In this document: in pieces, positions 26,922 through 36,185 of the stretch | Position numbering within the stretch: position 1 is the first letter of the stretch | Layout: each line of letters starts with the position of its first letter | IMG/VR virus record: IMGVR_UViG_3300033407_000046 | Location: 1-42,636 of that record | DNA: 42,636 bases | Origin: a virus | Lineage: Duplodnaviria; Caudoviricetes | Reading direction: 5' to 3' (one strand) | Position numbers and translations under genes: made by a program | Notes under the pieces: generated by a model | What the model saw: the letters and a program-made list of their open reading frames with translations, nothing else | Told to the model about the DNA's origin: nothing | Databases searched by the model: none

Positions 26922-27380
26922 TTATTCGCTATGCTTCTGGGTTTCGCTGCGCCGGTTGGCCATAATCCAAACCGATCGGACGCCTTCGGCCGCGATGTCC
27001 CGGAGATCGGGGGGCATTCCTCTCAGCCAGTAGACCACTTCTTCTTCCTGGCGGGTGAGCTTTAAAGGACCGCTATTGTATTCGGCTTCAACCTCATTGA
27101 CCACTGGTCCGCGATCTCTCTCCATCAAATCCCCGAGATATTCCCGCGTGGCGGCGCGTGGCTCTGGCCCCTTGATGAGATAGTCGGTGGTGGTTTCCCC
27201 TAGGGCTGCGATCTCGGCCAGGATAACAGGATCTGGAAGTCTGGCGCCTTTTTCATATTCAGAAACAGTGCTCTTGCTTGCCCCGAACAAATTGCCGAAC
27301 TCGGCTTGGTTTAGATCGCCCGGCAGGTTTTTCCTCACCGCCTTTATTCTCTCGCCTATGTTTTTCAACTTATTTTCCAT
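26922..27380 (-). CDS. CI-like XRE repressor
   Basis: IGERIKAVR..LNQAEFG..STVSEYEKGARLP, divergent from the Cro-like gene. Confidence 0.9.
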   Translation of the reverse strand: MENKLKNIGERIKAVRKNLPGDLNQAEFGNLFGASKSTVSEYEKGARLPDPVILAEIAALGETTTDYLIKGPEPRAATREYLGDLMERDRGPVVNEVEAEYNSGPLKLTRQEEEVVYWLRGMPPDLRDIAAEGVRSVWIMANRRSETQKHSE

Positions 27381-27386
27381 TCCCCG

Positions 27387-27415
27387 AATTTAATTTTATT
27401 TTCCGGCTTTGTCAA
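27387..27415 (-). promoter_or_regulatory. Repressor promoter (PRM-like)
   Basis: Minus strand TTGACA-17 bp-TAAATT, 6 nt before the ATG. Confidence 0.7.
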
Positions 27416-27515
27416 ACCTTTCCGCGAATTAAGGAACCGTTACAAAACGGGGGCTTAAGAGCGGGAATTCCCCGGAATAGTGGGCAAAAAGTCCGAGAAG
27501 GAAGGAAAATAAAGT

Positions 27516-27569
27516 TTGACATTCCCGTTTTCCAGGATTACAATGGTCCACAAGTACGGGAAAACGGGA
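27516..27569 (+). promoter_or_regulatory. Lytic promoter (PR-like) with operator-like repeats
   Basis: TTGACA-17 bp-TACAAT. TCCCGTTTTCC in the spacer and its inverse GGAAAACGGGA downstream. Confidence 0.8.
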
Positions 27570-27576
27570 GAAAACA

Positions 27577-28134
27577 ATGACAATCGGGAAAAAAATAACA
27601 GCAGCCAGAAAAAAAAGGGGTGTAACCCTCGAACAACTCGGCGATCTGATCGGCATCGGGAAAAGCTCGATGTCGGCAATGGAGCGCGGCGAACTTAAAG
27701 GGGGGCCAAGTGCTGATACTTTGGTTCGCATTGCCGACGCCCTCGATGCCCCTGAAATCCTCCTCTATCACTGCCAAGCCTGCCCCATCCGCCAACATGT
27801 CGTTTTGCGCTACTTCCCCGAGCTGAACAACATCCGCCGAGATCCTGCCGTGATCGCTGCCCGACTGCGCAAGGAGATGGTCGAAGCTGCGGAAGCACTG
27901 GACCGGCTGGGCGAGCGCTTTAGTGCTCCGGATTTCAAAAATCGTCCGGACTATCAGGAGATTTTTGAGCGGGAGATGGAGCAGGTCATCGATGTTAAGC
28001 GGGGGATCGAGATCCTGGAGTTTGAGCTGGTGCTGGAGGGTGTCCATACCCCGAAGGACCTGAAGTCTGTGTACGAACGCCAGCAGGCCAAGTGTGAAGC
28101 CCGCGGGCATCACAAGCCGAAGGGGTCGAAGTGA
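27577..28134 (+). CDS. Cro-like XRE regulator with a C-terminal extension
   Basis: IGKKITAARKKRGVTLEQLG..KSSMSAMERG, followed by HCQACPI and a helical domain. Confidence 0.85.
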   Translation: MTIGKKITAARKKRGVTLEQLGDLIGIGKSSMSAMERGELKGGPSADTLVRIADALDAPEILLYHCQACPIRQHVVLRYFPELNNIRRDPAVIAARLRKEMVEAAEALDRLGERFSAPDFKNRPDYQEIFEREMEQVIDVKRGIEILEFELVLEGVHTPKDLKSVYERQQAKCEARGHHKPKGSK

Positions 28135-28135
28135 T

Positions 28136-28561
28136 ATGACCACCGACGAGCGCCAGATGCTGGAGAATGAAGGAATGCTTATGAAGCTGAGCAAGGTCGA
28201 GCTGCGACACCTGCGGGACATCTTGAGCATCTACGCCAGTGAGGCAAGACTCTCCCTCAAGGGCTGGGTGTCCCTGAATGCCCTTCTTGTGAACGTCGGC
28301 GCTGAGCCTCGAACCGAGTTCGGTGATGATTCCGAGTATATGGAGGTAGAGAAGAGGACCTTACCCTTTTTGGATTCTCCCGACCCGCGTTCCGGGTATT
28401 ACCTCAAATCGGGTCAGAAATATATTGCCGCCCATGGATGGACCGGCCGCCGCGACTGCGCGGATGTTTTTAGCCTGGAACAGGCCGAAGAGCGCCGCGA
28501 TTTCGAGCGCCAATACGGCCATCACCGGGACCGTATTGATATCATCCCCGTGGAGGGTTGA
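28136..28561 (+). CDS. Hypothetical protein
   Basis: ORF flanked by direct repeats. Confidence 0.6.
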   Translation: MTTDERQMLENEGMLMKLSKVELRHLRDILSIYASEARLSLKGWVSLNALLVNVGAEPRTEFGDDSEYMEVEKRTLPFLDSPDPRSGYYLKSGQKYIAAHGWTGRRDCADVFSLEQAEERRDFERQYGHHRDRIDIIPVEG

Positions 28562-28599
28562 GAGATGGCTGCCAACCACAACCCGAAGGCGAGCGCGAT

Positions 28600-28785
28600 A
28601 TGACCACCGATGAGCGCCAGATGCTGGAGGAGATCCGGCAACAGAACATGGAAATCCTCCAGCTTTTGCGCGGAGAAGGGGACGGTGGTTACACGGTGGC
28701 CATGTTGGCCGCAGCCCCGGACCCAATCGCAGCGATCCGGGAGCGCAATCGTGTGCTCGCCGGACGAAAAAGGAGACTGAGGTGA
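28600..28785 (+). CDS. Small hypothetical protein
   Basis: Shares the N-terminal MTTDERQMLE with the 28136 ORF. Confidence 0.6.
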   Translation: MTTDERQMLEEIRQQNMEILQLLRGEGDGGYTVAMLAAAPDPIAAIRERNRVLAGRKRRLR

Positions 28786-29144
28786 CTTACGACAAGATTC
28801 TGGAGAAGATCGAGGAGCTTTATTCCGCCGCTTTTTACCCTGGCCGCACCCCGCGCAGCGATCCCTACAAGAAGGGGGTCATGGCCGCACTCAAGTGCGA
28901 CCTGGGGATGATTGATTTGAGGATGCCCTTTGCCATCGGCACGGCGGATGCTGATGCCTGGCTGGCGGGGGTGCAAGAAGGGCTTGCTATTTCGGGAAAA
29001 TTTGAAGGGGGAAAAAATGAACATGATCGGCACGATACTCTGCGTGGTGTTGCTGACGGGTGCTCTGGGGTTTGCCGCTGCTCGCCGAAGCCTGCAGCGC
29101 CGGGGTCTGATGGATCGCATGGACAGTGTCATCGGCCAAGCTAA
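28782..29144 (+). CDS. Hypothetical phage protein
   Basis: PRSDPYKKG...GTADADAWLAG motif. 3' end overlaps the next ORF. Confidence 0.6.
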   Translation: MTYDKILEKIEELYSAAFYPGRTPRSDPYKKGVMAALKCDLGMIDLRMPFAIGTADADAWLAGVQEGLAISGKFEGGKNEHDRHDTLRGVADGCSGVCRCSPKPAAPGSDGSHGQCHRPS

Positions 29145-29352
29145 GCCTTTGCAAAAGGGCCCGGGCGGGGTGGTGCTGCCGAAGAATTGCCCCTGCTGCG
29201 GGCGCAGGATGACCCACCCGGTGGGGATGGCGCTTGAGGTATCGCTGGAAGGCACCAGGGACATTCCGGTTTGCTCGGTGTGTCTCGCCATGGGGCCCTT
29301 GGATAGTCTGATCGCCGCGGGGCAGGAGTCGTGTTTGAATTTGTCACAATGA
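29017..29352 (+). CDS. Membrane-anchored Zn-finger protein
   Basis: N-terminal TM segment, CPCC and CSVC. Confidence 0.6.
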   Translation: MNMIGTILCVVLLTGALGFAAARRSLQRRGLMDRMDSVIGQAKPLQKGPGGVVLPKNCPCCGRRMTHPVGMALEVSLEGTRDIPVCSVCLAMGPLDSLIAAGQESCLNLSQ

Positions 29353-29474
29353 TCGGCCGGGCTGCCGCCTCCCGGTATCCCGCAAAAGGTGGGTAGTACC
29401 CCCGGGGTTTGGTTCCTCCGCCTCTCCCCGGGGGGTAGGTTTCGCGGGGGATTTTATTTAATGACAGGAGGTAA

Positions 29475-29717
29475 GTGATGAGTGTGTATATCTGTGCCTG
29501 GTGCGGCAAGCCTCTGCGCCAATCCCCGACCCCCGAGAATAGTCATGGCGCTTGCCGTCCCTGTGCTGCCCGTCAGCTTAAAGAGATTCCTTTTTTTCTA
29601 AGACTTAAAGCCCGGGCCAAGGTGGACGGGTGGAGCGCCGTGGCCGCCTATGGCCTGATCTATGTGGCGCTAGGGTTGTGGGCCCTGGAAGTTTTGTGGA
29701 TGGGGGTGATGCGATGA
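29475..29717 (+). CDS. Small Zn-finger/TM protein
   Basis: CAWC..SHGACRPC. AGGAGG RBS. Confidence 0.65.
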   Translation: MMSVYICAWCGKPLRQSPTPENSHGACRPCAARQLKEIPFFLRLKARAKVDGWSAVAAYGLIYVALGLWALEVLWMGVMR

Positions 29718-29836
29718 GATGGTCTATCGTGTTGTGCCTGATTGCCCTGGCCGCTCATGCCGCCGCCTGCACGTTGGATATGCGGGACCGTGTCCAGTGC
29801 ATCCGGCAGCTACACTGCGCCCAGGTGCTGCCATGA
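29714..29836 (+). CDS. Very small hydrophobic protein
   Basis: ATGA overlaps at both ends. Confidence 0.45.
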   Translation: MRWSIVLCLIALAAHAAACTLDMRDRVQCIRQLHCAQVLP

Positions 29837-30036
29837 GCCGCCGACGCAGGCAGTACAGCCGAGCGATGCTCCTTGACCTCCATAAGGCTGACGCCAAGAT
29901 CCGGGCATCCCTTAGCGAGCAGGTCAAGGTGTTGACGCAGGAGGAGGTGGACGCGATCGCGCCGGACCTTCAGCAACCGGCCCCCGCGAAAAAGACCGAT
30001 CACCGTGAGACCTATCGCCCCGCTTGGCGGGATTGA
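29833..30036 (+). CDS. Small hypothetical protein
   Basis: ATGA-coupled ORF. Confidence 0.5.
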   Translation: MSRRRRQYSRAMLLDLHKADAKIRASLSEQVKVLTQEEVDAIAPDLQQPAPAKKTDHRETYRPAWRD

Positions 30037-30267
30037 GGTACGCCAAGTGGTTTACGTGACCTGTAATACCTGCCACTACTCGGGCCGATGCAGTGCCGAG
30101 CCAACCCAGCACAGGGAATCGTTCTTTGCCTGCTTCAGGGGCGAACGGTCCCCTTCCTGCTGCGACTATCGCGGGAACTATGAGCGAGGGGTTGATGGTG
30201 TTCTCTCCCGTCCCTCCCCTCGCCCCTCCCGCCAGGCGGGGTTTTCTACCTTCCAAAGGAGATCATC

Positions 30268-30975
30268 ATGCTGAGGATTAGGTTTGAGCATTTCGATGAG
30301 GTCGAGCGGGAACTTCGGCATCTTGGCAGGGATATGCCGAAGGCGGCAGCTATGGCAATCACCTGGGCAGCGCAGGCGGGAAAGCAAGCCACCCAGAAGA
30401 AGATGGACCGGATATTCGACCGGCCGACCAAATGGACGCGGGAAAGCACGTTCCTACAGGCCGCGGATATGCGGACATTGGAGGCAACGGTCTATATCAA
30501 GGAAGGGTCGCTATCTAGCCTGGCCCACCATGTGGAAGGCGGCCGCCGCCGGACGAAGACATCGGAAGATCTTCTCCGCCAAAAGGGCATTCTCAAAGGG
30601 TCGCACCAGTATATCGTCCCGTCTCTGGCACTAAAGCTCGACAAGTACGGGAATGTCCCTTATGGATTGATGAACCGGGTGCTGTCCTCGGTCGGAGCCC
30701 AGCGCGACAAAGCCTCCAACACCACCGCTAAATCCCTGCGACGCAACGCAGGGCAGGGCGACTTCTTCATCCTGCGCCGACAGAAGGGTACACACCCAGG
30801 CATCTACCGCCGTAAGGGAGGCAAGAAGAACCCACGCCTCGACCCCGTGTTGATGTTTGTCAAGAGTGTCAACTACAAACGCCGCTACCCCTTCCATGAG
30901 ATTGTCGAGGACGCTGCTTATGATGATCTGCCACGGGCCATCAGCCTGGCACTCAAGCGGATATCAGGCATATAA
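30268..30975 (+). CDS. Basic phage protein (gpZ/tail-completion-like family)
   Basis: DRIFDRPTKWT, LDKYGNVP, HPGIYRR, YKRRYPF. AAGGAG RBS. Confidence 0.75.
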   Translation: MLRIRFEHFDEVERELRHLGRDMPKAAAMAITWAAQAGKQATQKKMDRIFDRPTKWTRESTFLQAADMRTLEATVYIKEGSLSSLAHHVEGGRRRTKTSEDLLRQKGILKGSHQYIVPSLALKLDKYGNVPYGLMNRVLSSVGAQRDKASNTTAKSLRRNAGQGDFFILRRQKGTHPGIYRRKGGKKNPRLDPVLMFVKSVNYKRRYPFHEIVEDAAYDDLPRAISLALKRISGI

Positions 30976-31087
30976 AAAAGCGCGGGTCCTTCTGGCCACC
31001 CGCTGTGGCACGGTAATGGAGACCCCGGTTTGTGGGTCCATTTAAAATTTTGAGATTGCCTGAAATACTGAAAGGTTGCTTTCAAAA

Positions 31088-31522
31088 ATGTCGAAGTTTC
31101 GGGGTGTTGCAGAAGTTGAGAGGCCATCTGGGCCGGTAACCTGGTTGCCGGCGGATGCCGTGGCCGTATTGTCGGCCGCGTTTTTTGACGCTGCCGCCTG
31201 CACAGACTGGTTCCTTGAGCGCTGTTATCCGGACGGCCCTCGGTGTCCGCGCTGTGGCTTCCACATTACCGGCCAGCGCGCCCAGGTCCGCTGGCGCGAA
31301 CTCAAGCGCATCACTTGCCAATCGTGCGAACGCAAGATCAAGGCCACCAACGGCACCCTGCTGCAGGAGTCGCACCTCGACCCGCGCCAGTTGTTTATCT
31401 TGCTCTCGCTTCTCGGCCTCGGCGTGGAGCCCGCCGCCGTTGCCCGTGTGGTCGGTGTGACCCAGACCACCATCCTTAACTGGCGGGATAAAGTCATCGC
31501 CCTGGCGGAGGTAGCGCAATGA
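31088..31522 (+). CDS. Zn-ribbon plus HTH protein resembling the IS1595 transposase N-terminus
   Basis: YPDGPRCPRCG, CQSC, GTLLQESHL and an HTH. No DDE domain. Confidence 0.75.
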   Translation: MSKFRGVAEVERPSGPVTWLPADAVAVLSAAFFDAAACTDWFLERCYPDGPRCPRCGFHITGQRAQVRWRELKRITCQSCERKIKATNGTLLQESHLDPRQLFILLSLLGLGVEPAAVARVVGVTQTTILNWRDKVIALAEVAQ

Positions 31523-31827
31523 GTCTTTTCGACCTGCGGCCTATCGAGCCTGAGCCGGTCATCGCCGCCCCGGCCCCGAAACAGGAATATGCCCTCCGAG
31601 TAAAGCAGACAAAGTCCGGACGCGAAATCATGGTTTACACCGCAGCCATCGCGCCAGCTGATGTTATCGCCGAGGCCGAAGCCAGGGGGTTGGCTCTTTT
31701 CACAGGCCCGGAAATATTACTCATGCGCGACTGTCTGCCAAAACTGGTCGATCACATCATATCGGTTAAAACAACCTTTCCTGGATGCACAGTCCAGCAA
31801 ATTATCAACGAGGCCGTTGCGGAATGA
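31519..31827 (+). CDS. Hypothetical protein
   Basis: Coupled ORF with a C-terminal VKTTFPG. Confidence 0.7.
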   Translation: MSLFDLRPIEPEPVIAAPAPKQEYALRVKQTKSGREIMVYTAAIAPADVIAEAEARGLALFTGPEILLMRDCLPKLVDHIISVKTTFPGCTVQQIINEAVAE

Positions 31828-34229
31828 GCTACCACGTCAATCACAACGATGTCCTCGATCAACTCACCAACCATGGTCTGATGGTCATGAGCCTTGAGGT
31901 CGATACCGACCGGGTCAAGCGGTGCACCACCCGAGACAGCGGCCGCGAAAAGTCCGGATGGTATTGGCTATCCTCCATCACCATCGGCAGCGACCCGTAT
32001 ATCGTCGGCGCCTACGGCATCTACCAGGGCAACGACAACGGAAAACAGAAAGTTGTCCTGAACAAAGAACAGACCGGACGACTCACCGCCGACCAGAGCA
32101 AAGCCCTTGCCGATCAGCAGCGAGCCGTCCGCAAAAAAGCCGACCTCGCACGCGCCAGCCAGCACAACCGCGCCGCCACCCGGGCAAAATCAGAATGGGA
32201 CAAACTTTCCGAAAACGGATCGAGCGATTATCTCACCGTAAAAAAGGTGGGAGCCTACGGCGTGCGCTTCGGCCCTCGCGGAGAGGTCGTTATCCCCATG
32301 CGCGACGGATCAGACGCCATCCGCGGGCTGCAGATGATCCTGCCAAAAGGCCACCCGCGCATTGCCAAGATCGAGCGCAATAAAGAGTTTTTCCCGGCCG
32401 GCCTCGGCCTGTCCGGAACCTGGCACCTCATCGGCGGCCATCCCCGCGAAATTCTGCTGATCACCGAAGGATACGCTACCGGGGCCAGCCTCCACGAGGC
32501 CACCGGTTATCCCGTCGCCGCCGTCTGGAGCGCCAACAACCTGCTAGCCGGTTGCAAGGCCCTGCATAAAAAGTATTCCCGTTGTCAGTTGCTCATCTGC
32601 GCCGACGACGACGCCATGCAGACCTGCGCCGCCTGCGACAAAATCACCGCTGTTACCAGCGACCTCTGCCAGCACTGCGGACAACCGCACCGCAAGCAAA
32701 ACGCCGGGATTTCCTGTGCCCAAGCTGCCGCCCTGTCCATCGGCTGTACCTGGATCGCGCCGCAGTTTGCAACCGAAAGACCGTCCGACCGCAAAGGCGA
32801 CACCGATTTCAACGATTTGCACGTTGCCGAAGGCCTGCGCATCGTCGGGGCTCAGATTAACGCCAAGGTGTCCGACCTGGGCTGTATCCGCCCCGCCATG
32901 GAGGTCGCCGCCTCGGCGACTGGGGGAGGGGGGGAAAAGCGTCCGCCCTTGAAATCGATGCTCAATACGGACGAAGCCCTGCAGCGCTTCTGTTTTGTCT
33001 ACGGCGGAAAAGGGACCATGTTTGACCAACAAGAACACTGTCTTATCCCCAAGGCCGACGTTCTCGACATCCTGCCCGAACACGGCTGGCGCGATATGCG
33101 CGCGCACAAAACCGTCGTGCGTCTCGATGAGGTCGGATTCGACCCCGCCGGGACTGACACGAATATCCGCTGCAACCTCTACGGTGGTTGGCCAACCGAA
33201 CCAAAAAAGGGCGACTGCAGCAAAATATTGGAGCTGCTGGGCTATTTATGCAGCAACGAAGTCGCCGCCGAAGACGTTTACAGTTGGGTCATTCGCTGGC
33301 TTGCCTACCCGATTCAGCACCCCGGCGCCAAAATGCAAAGCGCCCTTGTCTTTCACGGCCCGCAAGGCACCGGGAAAAATATGTTTTTTGAGACGATTAT
33401 GGCGATCTATGGCGAATACGGCCGGATCGTCGACCAGGCCGCCATCGAAGACAAATTCAACGACTGGGCCAGCCGAAAATTATTTCTTATCGCTGACGAA
33501 GTCGTCGCCCGCAGCGAGCTTTTCCACGTCAAAAACAAATTAAAAAGCTTCGTCACGGGCGAGTGGATACGGATCAACCCAAAAAACGTTTCAGCCCACG
33601 ATGAGCGCAACCACGTCAACCTGGTTTTTTTGTCCAACGAAGCCACCCCGCTAGTTCTTGAACACGACGACAGACGTTATATGGTCGTCCACACGCCGGA
33701 AAAACTCCCTGCCGAATTTTATAAATCCGTCCGGGCCGAGATTATCACCGGAGGCATTGCCGCCCTCCACCATCATCTAAAAACACTCGACCTCGGCGAT
33801 TTCAGTGTTTACACCAAGCCGCTGCACACCAAAGCCAAATTCCAGCTCATCGAGGCCAGCCTCGACAGTGTCAGTTCGTTCCTGCGCGAATGGTACCTGG
33901 GGGAGATCCACAAAATCCCCTTTTGCCCCTGCACTATCACCCAACTATTCGCCACCTACCAAAAATACTGTGCCGCCGCCGCCGAAAAATCCCCGCGCAA
34001 CAGGCGCCAGTTCATTGCCGAACTCAACATGCAACCAGGTTGGCGGGTCGGCCCCTTCCCGGTGAGGGTTTTGCCAGGGATAGAAGAGCGCACCACCCGA
34101 AAAATGATTATTCCATCCTCCGAGCTTTTAGCCGGTGGCGACTACACCAAACCGGAAAGCATCAGCCAGGAACAATGGCTAGCCGAGTGCCATCAGGCGT
34201 TCACCATCGCCGGAGACTTCCATTTATGA
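31824..34229 (+). CDS. DNA primase (Toprim)-SF3 helicase fusion
   Basis: ITEGYATG, ADDD, DFNDL, Walker A GPQGTGKN and Walker B LIADE. Confidence 0.93.
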   Translation: MSYHVNHNDVLDQLTNHGLMVMSLEVDTDRVKRCTTRDSGREKSGWYWLSSITIGSDPYIVGAYGIYQGNDNGKQKVVLNKEQTGRLTADQSKALADQQRAVRKKADLARASQHNRAATRAKSEWDKLSENGSSDYLTVKKVGAYGVRFGPRGEVVIPMRDGSDAIRGLQMILPKGHPRIAKIERNKEFFPAGLGLSGTWHLIGGHPREILLITEGYATGASLHEATGYPVAAVWSANNLLAGCKALHKKYSRCQLLICADDDAMQTCAACDKITAVTSDLCQHCGQPHRKQNAGISCAQAAALSIGCTWIAPQFATERPSDRKGDTDFNDLHVAEGLRIVGAQINAKVSDLGCIRPAMEVAASATGGGGEKRPPLKSMLNTDEALQRFCFVYGGKGTMFDQQEHCLIPKADVLDILPEHGWRDMRAHKTVVRLDEVGFDPAGTDTNIRCNLYGGWPTEPKKGDCSKILELLGYLCSNEVAAEDVYSWVIRWLAYPIQHPGAKMQSALVFHGPQGTGKNMFFETIMAIYGEYGRIVDQAAIEDKFNDWASRKLFLIADEVVARSELFHVKNKLKSFVTGEWIRINPKNVSAHDERNHVNLVFLSNEATPLVLEHDDRRYMVVHTPEKLPAEFYKSVRAEIITGGIAALHHHLKTLDLGDFSVYTKPLHTKAKFQLIEASLDSVSSFLREWYLGEIHKIPFCPCTITQLFATYQKYCAAAAEKSPRNRRQFIAELNMQPGWRVGPFPVRVLPGIEERTTRKMIIPSSELLAGGDYTKPESISQEQWLAECHQAFTIAGDFHL

Positions 34230-34480
34230 TTACGCTTATTACGATTATTACGCTTATGATTACGGTCCAACCCATTGATTTAATTGCATTATTACGCTTA
34301 TTACGCTTTTTCTCGCGCGCCATACGCGCGAGACGATACATAACCACACCACACGATACATATACGCGCGCGCGGATATGTATCGAATAACCGTAATAAC
34401 CGTAATAATATAGTAATATTAAACACTTGAACCGTAATCATAAGCGTAATAAGCGTAATAATTGGTCCAAAAGCGTAATA
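34229..34480. other. Replication origin with converging iterons
   Basis: About six ATTACG(C/A/G)T(T/C) copies on the left, inverted AA(G/C)CGTAAT copies on the right, central CGCGCG palindromes, AT-rich, directly after the primase. Confidence 0.8.
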
Positions 34481-34525
34481 ATCAATGGATTTGAGCTGGA
34501 TTCACTATTCAAAAGGAGAAAAACC

Positions 34526-34924
34526 ATGACCAAGGTTTACAGCACCAACGGCGAAGAATTCGACCACGAAGAGCTCGAAGAAGCCGTCGACGCAGTAATC
34601 GAAGATTCCTGGGGGATGCCCACGGATATTCTCGCCGTATCGGAAGGAGACAAAGTGCCTTTTCGCGCCGGGGATTTTCTGGAAGTGGACGATCTGCTGG
34701 AAATACTGGAACAACGGGCATGGTTTTTAGCCGAAGAATATGCCAGGGGGTGGCCGGGCGTTTCTTTGGTACAAAAAAATGATCTAGCCGAATTAGTCGC
34801 CGCCGCCATCAACACCTGGGCCGATGGCCACTGCCTTCAACCAACTTTTTTTCTCGTCAAAAACGTGAAAGAAATCAAAATTAAACTGCTGGACACAAAA
34901 GGCGCCTGGGAGATAGTCCAATGA
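34526..34924 (+). CDS. Acidic hypothetical protein
   Basis: AAGGAG RBS. Confidence 0.75.
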   Translation: MTKVYSTNGEEFDHEELEEAVDAVIEDSWGMPTDILAVSEGDKVPFRAGDFLEVDDLLEILEQRAWFLAEEYARGWPGVSLVQKNDLAELVAAAINTWADGHCLQPTFFLVKNVKEIKIKLLDTKGAWEIVQ

Positions 34925-35220
34925 GCCGAAAAACCGACTGGCAAGGCCCCTTCATCCTCTCCCTCATCTGCGCCCTGGCCGATGGCCTGCGCCAGGCAGA
35001 GCCCATCAGACACAGCGCCCGGGTCAACCGGGTAAACCGCGTCGAAGAAGCCGCCCTGCGCGCCATCGATTTCTACCCGCCCGCCGAACTCACGCCCCAG
35101 GTCATGGAGATGGCCACCCGATTTTTCGAGCAGGTGGAGGAGATGTTTCAGCAGGCATTTCCCCAGGAAGGACCCGCCTGGATTGAAGAGGTCGATTCAT
35201 GTCCAAGGTGCATCACGTGA
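34921..35220 (+). CDS. Hypothetical protein
   Basis: ATGA-coupled ORF. Confidence 0.65.
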   Translation: MSRKTDWQGPFILSLICALADGLRQAEPIRHSARVNRVNRVEEAALRAIDFYPPAELTPQVMEMATRFFEQVEEMFQQAFPQEGPAWIEEVDSCPRCIT

Positions 35221-35242
35221 GCGAAAAGGAAGGAAATTGACG

Positions 35243-35485
35243 ATGCCAAAAACAAAACTCCCAACTATTTATTCTCTACTGAGCGCGCTGCCATGGGTTT
35301 GTATCCTCCCCGGTCGCGGGATTATAGGCAAATATCCTTCTTTCCGTTTTTACTGGATCAATGACAAGTGGCTGGCCAGGGTTGGCCTATTTTCCATCTT
35401 CAAGATCGGGAAACGAGTGGGATTTCATCTGTTCTCGAAAAAAGAGAAAAACGCCGTCTTGAAACAAGGGCCAGCCGACCAATGA
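35243..35485 (+). CDS. Hypothetical protein
   Basis: AGGA RBS, lower GC. Confidence 0.5.
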   Translation: MPKTKLPTIYSLLSALPWVCILPGRGIIGKYPSFRFYWINDKWLARVGLFSIFKIGKRVGFHLFSKKEKNAVLKQGPADQ

Positions 35486-35598
35486 TAATGTCCACCCCTA
35501 AAACCTGCCCCAACTGCAACGGCCACCTCGCCAACATCGGCCAGGGCCTGCGAGAATGCGAGCAATGCGGAAAAATTCAAAAGGAGGAAAACCCATGA
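35482..35598 (+). CDS. Small Zn-ribbon protein
   Basis: CPNC...CEQC, ATGA overlaps. Confidence 0.55.
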   Translation: MIMSTPKTCPNCNGHLANIGQGLRECEQCGKIQKEENP

Positions 35599-36173
35599 TC
35601 GATCTTTCGAAGTTTTGCAGCAGCCAAAACGACAAAATGAAAACCCCGGCCACCATCGGCCTCTACACCTACGCCACCAATAACCACATAATCATCCGCG
35701 TTCCGGAAGGTGAGCACCACACGCCGCCGGTCGGGTTTCCCGCTGTTGATCACCTCCCCTGGATACACGACCAAGCCGCCGAATGGGTCAACCTGCCGGA
35801 CCTCGGCGAGATCAAGCCCGAATTTTGTACCCTCTGCGCCGGAACAGGCAAAACAATGATCTGCCCAGAATGCGACGGAGACGGCGCTTTAACCTTCTCG
35901 AATCACCATTCCTATTATGAGGTCTGTTGTGACACCTGCAATGGAGACGAGGTGCTCCCTAAGGGGCCGGATCAATGCCGCAATTGCGATGGCGTTGGTC
36001 AATGCGTCGCCCACAGCCCCATACCCTGGCAGCGCGGGAAAATCAACTCCCGCTACGTTTACCTGCTAAAGGATTTACCAGATATCCGAATAAGCACCCA
36101 CGGCAGCCCACTGGATCATATTCTATTCCGGTTTGACGGCGGTTGCGGCCTTCTCATGCCGATGCTGAAATAA
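35595..36173 (+). CDS. DnaJ-type Cys-rich Zn-finger protein
   Basis: Four CxxCxGxG-like repeats and a C-terminal GLLMPM. Confidence 0.75.
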   Translation: MIDLSKFCSSQNDKMKTPATIGLYTYATNNHIIIRVPEGEHHTPPVGFPAVDHLPWIHDQAAEWVNLPDLGEIKPEFCTLCAGTGKTMICPECDGDGALTFSNHHSYYEVCCDTCNGDEVLPKGPDQCRNCDGVGQCVAHSPIPWQRGKINSRYVYLLKDLPDIRISTHGSPLDHILFRFDGGCGLLMPMLK

Positions 36174-36185
36174 GGAGCCACACCC

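Noticed and set aside
31076-31522. Active IS1595 element
   Set aside because: No DDE domain, terminal inverted repeats or target duplication visible
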